Source: Stenotrophomonas sp. (GTDB taxonomy: Bacteria; Pseudomonadota; Gammaproteobacteria; Xanthomonadales; Xanthomonadaceae). From it: a stretch of DNA of 64,000 bases. A program made the position numbers and the translations under genes. Below the pieces are notes generated by a model. That model ran no database searches and had not been told where the DNA came from. It worked only from the letters and a program-made list of their open reading frames with translations. Location of the stretch: the NCBI GenBank assembly GCA_031987425.1, contig DALZZL010000001.1:9820-73819 (forward strand), given 5' to 3'. Of this stretch, positions 9,307 to 17,373 are shown in pieces. Position 1 is the first letter of the stretch. Every line of letters begins with the position of its first letter.

Positions 9307-10332
9307 ATGACCACTTCCCGCCACGTTCGTTCACTGCTGCAGGGCGATCTCGTCCACGACAGCGCCTTGGGATCGGTGCGGCGCCTGACCGCCGACGAGT
9401 TCCCGCTGCTGCAGCGTCTGTCCATCAAGCGCCTGTGCCTGCAGCCAGGGGCACTGCGCGAGCCGCACTGGCACGCCAACGCCAGCGAGCTGGGCTATGT
9501 GATCGCCGGCCAGCTGCTGCTGACCGTCGTCGACAACGCCGACGGCGTCAGCCGCTTCCGCGTCGGGCCGGGCCAGATGTTCCATATCGACAGCGGCGCG
9601 CTGCATGCGATCGAGAACATCGGCGAGGACGAGGCCGAGCTGATCATCGCCTTCAGCCATGAGCGGCCGGAGGACTTCTCCCTGCGCGGGGCCTTCGCCG
9701 CGATGAGCGACGGCGTGCTGGGCAATACCTATGACCTGCCGGCGCAGGCCTTCGCCGAGCGCCAGCGCGACACCGGTACGGCCTACCTGCTGCGCCGGCC
9801 TGGCCCGGCCCAGGTACCTGCCGATGCCGGGCGCAAGGATCCGCATCGCTTCGACATCGAGGCGCAGTCGCCGCCGGTCGATTTCCCCTATGGGCAGGCC
9901 CGGGTGTCGCGCACCCAGTTCTGGCCAGCGCTGAAGCATCTGTCGATGTACTCGTTGCAGATTCCCGATACCGGCATGCGCGAGCCGCACTGGCATCCGG
10001 ATACCGCCGAGATGGGTTACGTGCATCGTGGGCGCGCGCGGATGACGATCCTCGATCCCGACGGTTCCACCGACACATACACGTTGGAGGCGGGCGATGT
10101 GTATTTCATCCCGCGCGCCTATCCGCACCAGATCGAGGTGCTCGGCGAGGACATCCACTTCCTGGTGTTCTTCGACCAGCCGACCCCGGGCGACATCGGC
10201 TATCGCCTGGCGGGGTCCGCGTTCGATCCGCCGGTGCTGGCGGCCACGCTTGGCGTGGCGGCAGGGCAGGCGCCGGCGCTGCCGTTCACCGCCGCCGATC
10301 CGCTGATCGTGGCCAAACGCAATCCGGTGTGA
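9307..10332 (+). CDS. Bicupin (oxalate decarboxylase/oxidase-like, Mn-cupin)
   Basis: 341 aa with two cupin metal motifs, REPHWHANASELGYVIAG and REPHWHPDTAEMGYVHRG, each followed by a downstream H (LHAIEN, YPHQIE). AGGAGA RBS. Starts 42 nt after the kinase gene. Confidence 0.85.
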   Translation: MTTSRHVRSLLQGDLVHDSALGSVRRLTADEFPLLQRLSIKRLCLQPGALREPHWHANASELGYVIAGQLLLTVVDNADGVSRFRVGPGQMFHIDSGALHAIENIGEDEAELIIAFSHERPEDFSLRGAFAAMSDGVLGNTYDLPAQAFAERQRDTGTAYLLRRPGPAQVPADAGRKDPHRFDIEAQSPPVDFPYGQARVSRTQFWPALKHLSMYSLQIPDTGMREPHWHPDTAEMGYVHRGRARMTILDPDGSTDTYTLEAGDVYFIPRAYPHQIEVLGEDIHFLVFFDQPTPGDIGYRLAGSAFDPPVLAATLGVAAGQAPALPFTAADPLIVAKRNPV

Positions 10333-10595
10333 GGGGCGGCCACTGCCCGCAGGTGGCATCCCGCCGGTCGCAGCGCTGGCAAGCGGGGGCTATTGCCAGC
10401 GTCGCTTGCCTGACCTAACGTTGCCGACAGGGCTGCGGCGGCCGGGGGAAAACGACCGCGCGGCGGTTTCAGCGCACGTGCGTCACCGTGCACGCCGAAT
10501 CATCCGCATGCACGCCGGTTGAGCAAAGGAACGATGCTGCGGCTCGCCTGCCTGGCAGGGGAGCGCCCTCCAGACTGCCCCGACGGGGTGACATC

Positions 10596-12788
10596 ATGGC
10601 GGCAAAGGAACTGCGGATTCGACGTATCGCGTGGCTGCTGCTCCTGTGGACGGCACCGTTCGCGCTGCTGCTTGTATGGCTGGTGTGGTGGGCAGGCCCG
10701 CGCTCGGCGAGCGAGACGGTGCAGCAGGTGATCTCTCCCAGCATCGACATCTCGCCGCAGCCCGGCGACGACATGGCCGCGACCGCGCCGGATCCCGTGG
10801 ACGCTATCGCGGGAGATCCCTCGCCGCCTGACGATGCCGCGCCGCCGCCATCCCCGACCAGCGTCGGCGGTCCCGACGATCCATTTCCCGTCAGCGCGGT
10901 CTACGAACCCACCGTCGCGCCGGAGCCGGTGTTGGTGCTGGCGGCCTATGAACCTCCGCGGGCACCATCGACCTGGTCCGAGCCGCCGCCGCGCGATACC
11001 GACGCCACGGTATACAACGCGCTGCTGGCGCCGCAGGCGCCGGGCAATCCCGCGTTGCCGGGCATGCCGGTGCTGCGTGCGGGCAAGCCCACCACGCTGC
11101 GCTTCGACATGGGCCCGCCGCGCGCCGGCTCGGTACTGTCGGCCGAGAGCGCGATGCCCAATGCGAAAGTGCTCATGGCCAACGAAGATGTCCCGCTGGA
11201 TATCGTGTTGACCTGCGACTTCTGCGCGCCCGGCCTGGAGAGGCTGCGGCATACGGTATATCGCACCGGCGCGCGGCGCGCCGACGAAGTCGCCTTCACC
11301 TTCACGCCCAGCCCCAAGGCGGCGGGCGGCCGTGGCCGGCTGGAAATCGGCATCATCGATGGACACGGCGGGCGCGAGTACGACCGGCTGGTGATCAAGG
11401 TGGCCGTCGTTGGCGGCGATGCGAGCGTTTCGATGCCACCTGCCGCCATCGCGCCTTCGGTGGCGCTGGGGCCTGCGAGCGTGCAGCGCGAAGGTCGCGC
11501 GCCGCCGTCGCTCGATGCCATGCCGGCCTCGGATGTCACCCTGCATGCGCAATGGGAGCCGGACCACCGCAAGTTGGTACTCAGCGTGCGCCCGCACGGC
11601 GAGGAGATGCGCGATTTGCTGCCAGCGGCGTTGGACGAAAACGACCAGCCGCGGCATTTCGAAGTGAAGGTGCCCAAGGAGCTGATTCAACAGCTCGCCG
11701 CCGAGGATTTCGGGGTGATGTTCGCGTTGAACAAGGATGGCTGGTTAGCCAAGCGCCTGCGCGCACAGGGGATGAGTGACGGCCTGGACACCTCGGCATC
11801 CACCACGCTGCAGCTGACGCCCGACGACCGCGAGGAAGTCAACCGGATCATTGCCAATGCGGGATACCAACTCTATCGCCAGCTGTTCGGCAAGGGCGGG
11901 AAAGCGCTGTTGCAACTGAGCGAACAACTCGAAAAGGCCGCGCTGGACCGGCAGGGCCGCCCGCCACTGCGGCTGACCGTGGTCGTCACCGAAGGCGCAT
12001 TGCCCTGGCAGTACCTCTATCCGAAGCCAATAAAGAAAGGCGAGCCCATCGACGGCAACGACTTCTGGGGCATGCGTTACAGCCTCAGCGTGATCCGCGA
12101 GGACACGGGGGCACTCGAAGGCCTTTCCCCGCCCGAATCGGAGGGGCCGGGCCGTCTCGTCATGGCGCGCTTCGAGAACGAGCAGGCCGGTGACAACGCG
12201 ACATTGACCGAGCTGGCCGAACTGCAGCGCGACATGATCCTCGGCCTGCCCATGGAGAAAGCCTCGTTTTCGGAATTCCTCGAAGCCGATGGGTTCATGG
12301 GAGAGCTGAGTACGCGCCGCCAGCAGCTCACCGCGCTCGTCTTCTATCTACATGGTGATTCCTCGCAGACCGATCGCGCGCCCTACCTGAGCTTCGGCAA
12401 CGGCGACCAGATCAGCTCGGTGCAGTTGGAGCAGCTCTGGAACTCGGAGGCATTGGACGCCCAGCAGGACGTGCGCTACTGGCCTCGCGGCCCGCTGGTC
12501 TTCCTCAATGCCTGCGAGACCGGGCCGTCGAGGCAGATGCCGCATCTGGCGCTGGATACGGCGATGTTCCAGTTGGGCGCGCGCGGGGTGGTGGTCACCG
12601 AGTCCCCGGTATGGGCTCACCTGGGGCACGAGATGGCCATCCGCCTGATTCCACGGCTGGCCCGTGGCCAGACCGTGCCCGAGGCGCTGACCGCAACGCG
12701 CCGCGAGTTGTACGCAGAACGTGGCAATGCCCTGGGGCTGCTCTACGCCTATTACGGTGATCCTGCAGCCACGCTCGTCTACCCCTGA
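10596..12788 (+). CDS. Membrane-anchored CHAT-domain (caspase-like Cys protease) protein
   Basis: 730 aa from MAAKELRIRRIAWLLLLWTAPFALLLVWLVWWAG (basic N-terminus plus one TM/signal anchor). This is followed by a Pro-rich linker and a beta-rich middle region. The C-terminal CHAT signature has the catalytic His in ALVFYLHGD (cat at 12351-12353) and the Cys in LVFLNACETG (tgc at 12513-12515), then GARGVVVTESPVW and YYGDP. GC3-rich codons from 10596 support this start. Confidence 0.8.
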   Translation: MAAKELRIRRIAWLLLLWTAPFALLLVWLVWWAGPRSASETVQQVISPSIDISPQPGDDMAATAPDPVDAIAGDPSPPDDAAPPPSPTSVGGPDDPFPVSAVYEPTVAPEPVLVLAAYEPPRAPSTWSEPPPRDTDATVYNALLAPQAPGNPALPGMPVLRAGKPTTLRFDMGPPRAGSVLSAESAMPNAKVLMANEDVPLDIVLTCDFCAPGLERLRHTVYRTGARRADEVAFTFTPSPKAAGGRGRLEIGIIDGHGGREYDRLVIKVAVVGGDASVSMPPAAIAPSVALGPASVQREGRAPPSLDAMPASDVTLHAQWEPDHRKLVLSVRPHGEEMRDLLPAALDENDQPRHFEVKVPKELIQQLAAEDFGVMFALNKDGWLAKRLRAQGMSDGLDTSASTTLQLTPDDREEVNRIIANAGYQLYRQLFGKGGKALLQLSEQLEKAALDRQGRPPLRLTVVVTEGALPWQYLYPKPIKKGEPIDGNDFWGMRYSLSVIREDTGALEGLSPPESEGPGRLVMARFENEQAGDNATLTELAELQRDMILGLPMEKASFSEFLEADGFMGELSTRRQQLTALVFYLHGDSSQTDRAPYLSFGNGDQISSVQLEQLWNSEALDAQQDVRYWPRGPLVFLNACETGPSRQMPHLALDTAMFQLGARGVVVTESPVWAHLGHEMAIRLIPRLARGQTVPEALTATRRELYAERGNALGLLYAYYGDPAATLVYP

Positions 12789-12807
12789 TCGGACAAGGAG
12801 AAGTGCG

Positions 12808-14514
12808 ATGACGGAATTCGATCTCTCGATCCATGATCCGCTGCGTCGACGCGTGCTGGCGGCGCTGGCCGGTGGCTGTGCGGCGTCCTTCACCGGGCCG
12901 CTGTGGGCCAAGGCGCTCTGCAATGACGACCCAGTGATCTCCAATCTGGGCAGTCCGCTGACCATCGACACCCACGCGCATTTCTTCAACGGCCGCGACC
13001 TGCAGGTGCGCGAGTTCCTCTCCCAGACCACCGTGGGCCCCGACTCGGAGCTGTACTCGCTGGTCAACGCGGTGAGCGGGCTGCTGCAGGCATTGGCGTG
13101 GTCGCGTGCGCCGGATGCGGCCAGCGAGCGCCAGGCCATTGCGCGCTACGCCCAAGGGATGCAGCACTGCGAACCGGGCGAAGGCGTGCGGCGCCTGGCC
13201 GCCGGTGCATTCCAGGAAGGCTATGCGATTGGACGCGATGAATTGCAGCAGGCGTCGGCGCGCCTAGGGGCCAATCCCGGGGGCAGTCTCGTACTGGGCG
13301 CCGCAGATGCGCAGGGCGAGCTCGGCGAGGCGATCAACACGCTGCCGCAGAACTTCGAGGATTTCGAGGCACAGCGCAGCGATGGCGCCTTGGTGTTGGG
13401 CAGCCATCCCACTGTGGCCGGCTACCTGCGTTTCATCCTGCATCACTTCAACTACCGGCACGTCAACGCGATCGATTACCTGACCACCTACTCGCGCGAC
13501 TCCCCGCGCAAGATCGACCTGGTCGTGTCCAGCATGGTCGATTACGACGGATGGCTGACCAAGGGACGTCCCACGCCCACCTCGCTGCCCGACCAGGTCG
13601 CCCTGATGTCGGAGATATCGGTGTTACTCGGTGGGCGCGTGCATGGCTTCGTGCCGTTCTGCCCGCTGCGCGAGATCATGACGATGGGTCAGGATGGCGA
13701 AGGCGATTCGATGCGGCTGGTGCGGCAGGCCGTCACCGACGGCGGCTGCATCGGCGTCAAGCTGTACCCGCCGATGGGCTTTGCCGCCTATGGGAACGCG
13801 GGCCGCGACGTATGGCGCAAGAAGAAGACCTTGCCGCCCGTCGCGGCGCAGCCGGATTTCGGCAAGCAGCTGGATGCGGCCATGGCGCGGCTATATACGT
13901 GGTGCCTGGCGCAGGACGTGCCGATCATGGCCCACACCAATCATTCCAACGGGCCTTATGAGGACTTCAGGAAGCTGGCGGGCAGCGCCGGCTGGGAGGC
14001 GGCGCTGCACCAGTTCCCCGGGCTGAGCGTGAGCTTCGGCCATTTCGGCGATACCGATCTGGAGGATCACAGTGCGAAGAGGACCCGCGACTTCCTGGCG
14101 CTGATGCGCGGCGAAGGCGAGGGCGCGCGCGCATTTTCCGACAGCGGCTTCTTCGCCGGCACGTTGATCCACCCGAAGACCATGCAGCAGGTGTTGCACA
14201 CGCTGTATGACGCCCCCAACGGGCTGATGGGCGAACGCCTGATGTATGGCTCGGATTGGACCATGATCCTCAAGGAGAAGAACGTGGACCGTTATCTGGC
14301 CGACTTCATCAAGGTCATCGGCGCCGTCGGCCAGCAGGCCCCGCAGCTGCGTCCACGCGGGATGAACCTGGCGGATGCCTTCTTCGGTGCCAACGCCACC
14401 GAGTTTCTCGGCCTGCGCAAGGGCCGTGGCAATCGCAGGCGGCTGGAGGCGTTCTATGGCCGTCACCAGGTCGCGACCCCGGATTGGATGCGCAAGGTCG
14501 ACGGCCTGGCCTGA
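12808..14514 (+). CDS. Tat-signal amidohydrolase-fold (TIM-barrel metal-dependent hydrolase) protein
   Basis: 568 aa from MTEFDLSIHDPLRRRVLAALAGGCAA (twin-arginine motif plus hydrophobic region). HxH metal motif IDTHAHFF (12973-12981). Later barrel motifs GVKLYPPMG, IMAHTNH, SFGHFG and MYGSDW. AAGGAG RBS at 12795-12800. Only 19 nt separate it from the CHAT gene stop. Confidence 0.8.
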   Translation: MTEFDLSIHDPLRRRVLAALAGGCAASFTGPLWAKALCNDDPVISNLGSPLTIDTHAHFFNGRDLQVREFLSQTTVGPDSELYSLVNAVSGLLQALAWSRAPDAASERQAIARYAQGMQHCEPGEGVRRLAAGAFQEGYAIGRDELQQASARLGANPGGSLVLGAADAQGELGEAINTLPQNFEDFEAQRSDGALVLGSHPTVAGYLRFILHHFNYRHVNAIDYLTTYSRDSPRKIDLVVSSMVDYDGWLTKGRPTPTSLPDQVALMSEISVLLGGRVHGFVPFCPLREIMTMGQDGEGDSMRLVRQAVTDGGCIGVKLYPPMGFAAYGNAGRDVWRKKKTLPPVAAQPDFGKQLDAAMARLYTWCLAQDVPIMAHTNHSNGPYEDFRKLAGSAGWEAALHQFPGLSVSFGHFGDTDLEDHSAKRTRDFLALMRGEGEGARAFSDSGFFAGTLIHPKTMQQVLHTLYDAPNGLMGERLMYGSDWTMILKEKNVDRYLADFIKVIGAVGQQAPQLRPRGMNLADAFFGANATEFLGLRKGRGNRRRLEAFYGRHQVATPDWMRKVDGLA

Positions 14515-14658
14515 GCGCTCGGGGCGGGGAGGTTCATCGGCGGCAGCGGCGTCCCGTCCCGACATGCGGCGGGTTCGTCGCACGCCGCTTGCGAGGTGCC
14601 GGCGCGCCGGCGAGCCTGTTCCCACAGGGCACGATCGGCGTGCCCGAAGGAGCCAGGG

Positions 14659-14883
14659 ATGAAGACGTTGTTCGGCGTGGTCGCGTGGTGCCTGCTGTTC
14701 GTGCTGTGCTGGCCGTTGGCGGTGCTGGCGCTGGTGGCATGGCCGTTGGTGTGGCTGTTGCTGCTGCCGTTCCGGCTGGTCGGCGTCACCTTCTCGGCGT
14801 TGTTCGCTTTCCTCGGCGCGCTGCTGTTCCTGCCGGCGCGGCTGCTGGGCTGGCGGCCGCGCGCGGCCGCCGTGGCGGGCTGA
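14659..14883 (+). CDS. Small hydrophobic Trp-rich membrane protein (74 aa)
   Basis: MKTLFGVVAWCLLFVLCWPLAVLALVAWPLVWLLLLPFRLVGVTFSALFAFLGALLFLPARLLGW has 2-3 predicted TM helices. Strong GAAGGAG RBS at 14646-14652. GC3-rich. No family recognised. Confidence 0.5.
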   Translation: MKTLFGVVAWCLLFVLCWPLAVLALVAWPLVWLLLLPFRLVGVTFSALFAFLGALLFLPARLLGWRPRAAAVAG

Positions 14884-14895
14884 AAGGGCGCGCGC

Positions 14896-15558
14896 TCAGC
14901 CAAGCCGCAAGGACAGTTCCACGTCCTCGGCGAAGGGCAGAGAGAGATAGCCATTGGCCGGCTCGCGAATCCAGGCGAGATAATCCGGGCTGTAGTCCGC
15001 GTTGTCCGCGATCACCAGGGCGCCGGGGCGCAGGCGGGATTCGACGCGGGCAAGGATGTCCGGGTACAGCGCCTTGGCCCCGTCGAGCAGCAGCAGGTCG
15101 ATCCGTTCGGGCAGGTCGATGGAGAGCGTCTGCAGCGCGTCGCCTTCGCGAATCTCCACCAGGTCGAGCAGCTTGCCCGCCGCTAGGTGGTCGCGGGCAC
15201 GCGCTACCTTGGAGGGCTCGAACTCGGTGGTGATGAGCCGGCCGCCGCCGTTGTCGCGCAGGGCCGCAGCCAGGTGCAGCGTGGAGATGCCGAACGAGGT
15301 GCCGAACTCGATGATCTGCTCGGCGCGGATGGCGCGGGCGAGCAAGTAAAGCAGCTGGCCGGTCTCGCGCGAGACCGGCAGCGGCAGATCCTTCATGCGG
15401 CCATAGTAGTCGCGGTATTCGGTGCGGCTGTGCATGAGCCGCTCGCGGTCGGCGGCGGTCAGTTCGGCCAGCGCGGGAATGTCGAAGGAACTGGCGTCGG
15501 CGTCAGCGAACAGGCGTTCGAGCAGGCCTGCGAGCGGTGCGTGGGTGAGGGTGTTCAT
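14896..15558 (-). CDS. Class I SAM-dependent O-methyltransferase (family 3, caffeoyl-CoA OMT-like)
   Basis: 220 aa. SAM motif IIEFGTSFGISTLHLA, plus LLLLDGAK and LVIADNA motifs. ATG at 15556-15558. Confidence 0.85.
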   Translation of the reverse strand: MNTLTHAPLAGLLERLFADADASSFDIPALAELTAADRERLMHSRTEYRDYYGRMKDLPLPVSRETGQLLYLLARAIRAEQIIEFGTSFGISTLHLAAALRDNGGGRLITTEFEPSKVARARDHLAAGKLLDLVEIREGDALQTLSIDLPERIDLLLLDGAKALYPDILARVESRLRPGALVIADNADYSPDYLAWIREPANGYLSLPFAEDVELSLRLG

Positions 15559-15602
15559 GGGGCTTCCGGTGGTGGGTGCGCCGGTCGGCGCGTGCCAGGC
15601 TA

Positions 15603-15639
15603 GAATGCGACGAATTCGTCAGGTTTGTTATTCGCATTC
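15603..15639. promoter_or_regulatory. Candidate TetR operator in the divergent OMT/tetR intergenic region
   Basis: Perfect 12-bp palindrome GACGAATTCGTC (15609-15620). It sits inside an 8-bp inverted repeat, GAATGCGA (15603-15610) and TCGCATTC (15632-15639). The site is 11 nt upstream of the TetR ATG. Confidence 0.4.
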
Positions 15640-15649
15640 CCCACCGCCC

Positions 15650-16333
15650 ATGCGTGAACGCCCGAAACCCACGATTTCCCAGCGCAAACAGCCACGCCAG
15701 GCGCGTTCCAATGCCTCGGTGGACGTCATCCTCCAGGCCGCTGCTCAGGTTCTGGCCCAGGAGGGCGCGGCGCGCTTCACCACCGCGCGCGTGGCCGAGC
15801 GCGCGGGCGTCAGCGTCGGCACGCTGTATCAGTATTTCCCCAACAAGGCGGCGATCCTGTTCCGCCTGCAGCGCGACGAGTGGGGCGACACCACGCGCCT
15901 GCTCGTGGACATCCTCGACGATGCCCGGCATACGCCGGCCGAGCGCATCCACCGTGTCGTGCATGCGTTCCTGCATTCGGAATGCGAAGAGGCGCAGATG
16001 CGCGTGGCATTGCGCGATGCCGCGCCACTGTATCGCGACGCGCCAGAAGCACGGCAGGCACGCCAGGCGGCGGATACGGCATTCACGCGCTTCATGGCCG
16101 AGGCGCTGCCGTCGGCATCACCGGCCAAGCGCGCCCTGGCCGGTGATCTGCTGACCGACGTGCTGGGCGCGGCCGGCAAGCAGTTCTCCGAACAGCCGCG
16201 TTCTGCGGCTGAGATCGGCGCCTATGCCGAGGCGATGGCGCAGATGTTCTGTGCCTGGCTGGAACGGCTAGGCGAGGACGAGGCCGGTCGCAGCAGGCGA
16301 AGCGGTGGCCGCTCGGGCCGGAGCGCGCCATGA
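15650..16333 (+). CDS. TetR/AcrR-family transcriptional regulator
   Basis: 227 aa from MRERPKPTISQRKQPRQARS. HTH motif FTTARVAERAGVSVGTLYQYFPNKAAIL. ATG at 15650. The track ORF start at 15422 runs antisense through the OMT gene. Confidence 0.85.
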   Translation: MRERPKPTISQRKQPRQARSNASVDVILQAAAQVLAQEGAARFTTARVAERAGVSVGTLYQYFPNKAAILFRLQRDEWGDTTRLLVDILDDARHTPAERIHRVVHAFLHSECEEAQMRVALRDAAPLYRDAPEARQARQAADTAFTRFMAEALPSASPAKRALAGDLLTDVLGAAGKQFSEQPRSAAEIGAYAEAMAQMFCAWLERLGEDEAGRSRRSGGRSGRSAP

Positions 16334-16355
16334 GGTGCGGCAAGCGGGGGGCGCG

Positions 16356-17306
16356 CTACCTGACCCAGCGGCCGTGGCGCAGCGTCACCGCGAAGCGCGC
16401 CCAATGCCGGAATGCGTCTTCGCCCAGGCGGCCGGACTGGCCCTGGCCTTCGCCGGCGATCACGCGGTAGTCCAGCTCGCGCCGGCCCACGGACGCGACG
16501 ATCTCACGCACGCTCCATTCGCGGCCCAGCCGCCCGTTGCTGTAGCACTGCCCCGGCTGCAATGCCTGCGGATGCACGGGGCTGCGTTCGGCATGCTGCT
16601 TGGCCAGCTCCAGCAGCTCGGTCAGGCTTTCCTCGGGGATGTCGACGTAGGAGTTGAGCTCGGCCATGGCGGCCGAGAAATCTTCCTGGGTGAGCTCGAA
16701 GTGGCGCTGCGCGGCCGGCACGTCGGCGGCCTGCTGCCGACGGCGATGCAGGTGCAGCGGATAGCGTCGCCACGCGAACGGTGCATTGAACACGACGGCG
16801 ACCAGCAGGATCGCCGCCACGCTCACGCCTACCGGTTCCAGCAGGTAGTGGTAGCCCAGTGCATGCAGCTCCTCGCTGCCGATCACCGCGGCCAGTGCGG
16901 TGGCACCACCGGGCGGATGGATGCAGCGCAGGTAGTGCATCGCACCGACCGCGATGCCGACCGCCAGCGCGGGCGTCCAGGCGTGGCCCGGGAACAGCTT
17001 CTGGCAGCTCACGCCGATCGCGGCCGAGAGCAGATGACCACCGGCCACCGCCCACGGCTGCGACAGCGCGCCATGCGGCACCGCGAACAGCAGCACCGCC
17101 GAGGCGCCGAGCGAGGCCAGCATGATGGCGCCGGCCGGACCGGCGCCGGCGAGCCCCTGCGGGAACACCTGGTGGATCACCGCGTACACGGCCAGGATGC
17201 CGAGGAACGCGCCGGCGCCCGATATCCACTTCTCCGCATGCGTGGTGGTGTTGCGTTCGATGCCGAGCCAAGGGCGCAGCATGGCGGGAAGCTCGGACAT
17301 CTTCAT
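16356..17306 (-). CDS. HPP-family membrane protein with a soluble C-terminal extension
   Basis: 316 aa. Contains the HPP motif (RCIHPPGGATAL) within 4-5 TM helices. The C-terminal ~120 aa are hydrophilic and I did not recognise a family. An alternative start at 17300 is possible. Confidence 0.82.
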   Translation of the reverse strand: MKMSELPAMLRPWLGIERNTTTHAEKWISGAGAFLGILAVYAVIHQVFPQGLAGAGPAGAIMLASLGASAVLLFAVPHGALSQPWAVAGGHLLSAAIGVSCQKLFPGHAWTPALAVGIAVGAMHYLRCIHPPGGATALAAVIGSEELHALGYHYLLEPVGVSVAAILLVAVVFNAPFAWRRYPLHLHRRRQQAADVPAAQRHFELTQEDFSAAMAELNSYVDIPEESLTELLELAKQHAERSPVHPQALQPGQCYSNGRLGREWSVREIVASVGRRELDYRVIAGEGQGQSGRLGEDAFRHWARFAVTLRHGRWVR

Positions 17307-17373
17307 GGGCAGGGTCGGCAGGCGCGGGGCGCCAGTCTAGGGCAACGCTTCCGCGCGTGGCGGCCGGGGGGTG

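Noticed and set aside
10500-11690. 396-aa minus-strand ORF, plus other ORFs overlapping the Pro-rich first half of the CHAT gene.
   Set aside because: The plus-strand frame is continuous with the unmistakable C-terminal CHAT domain and has GC3-rich codons from 10596. The antisense product is an Arg-rich low-complexity sequence.
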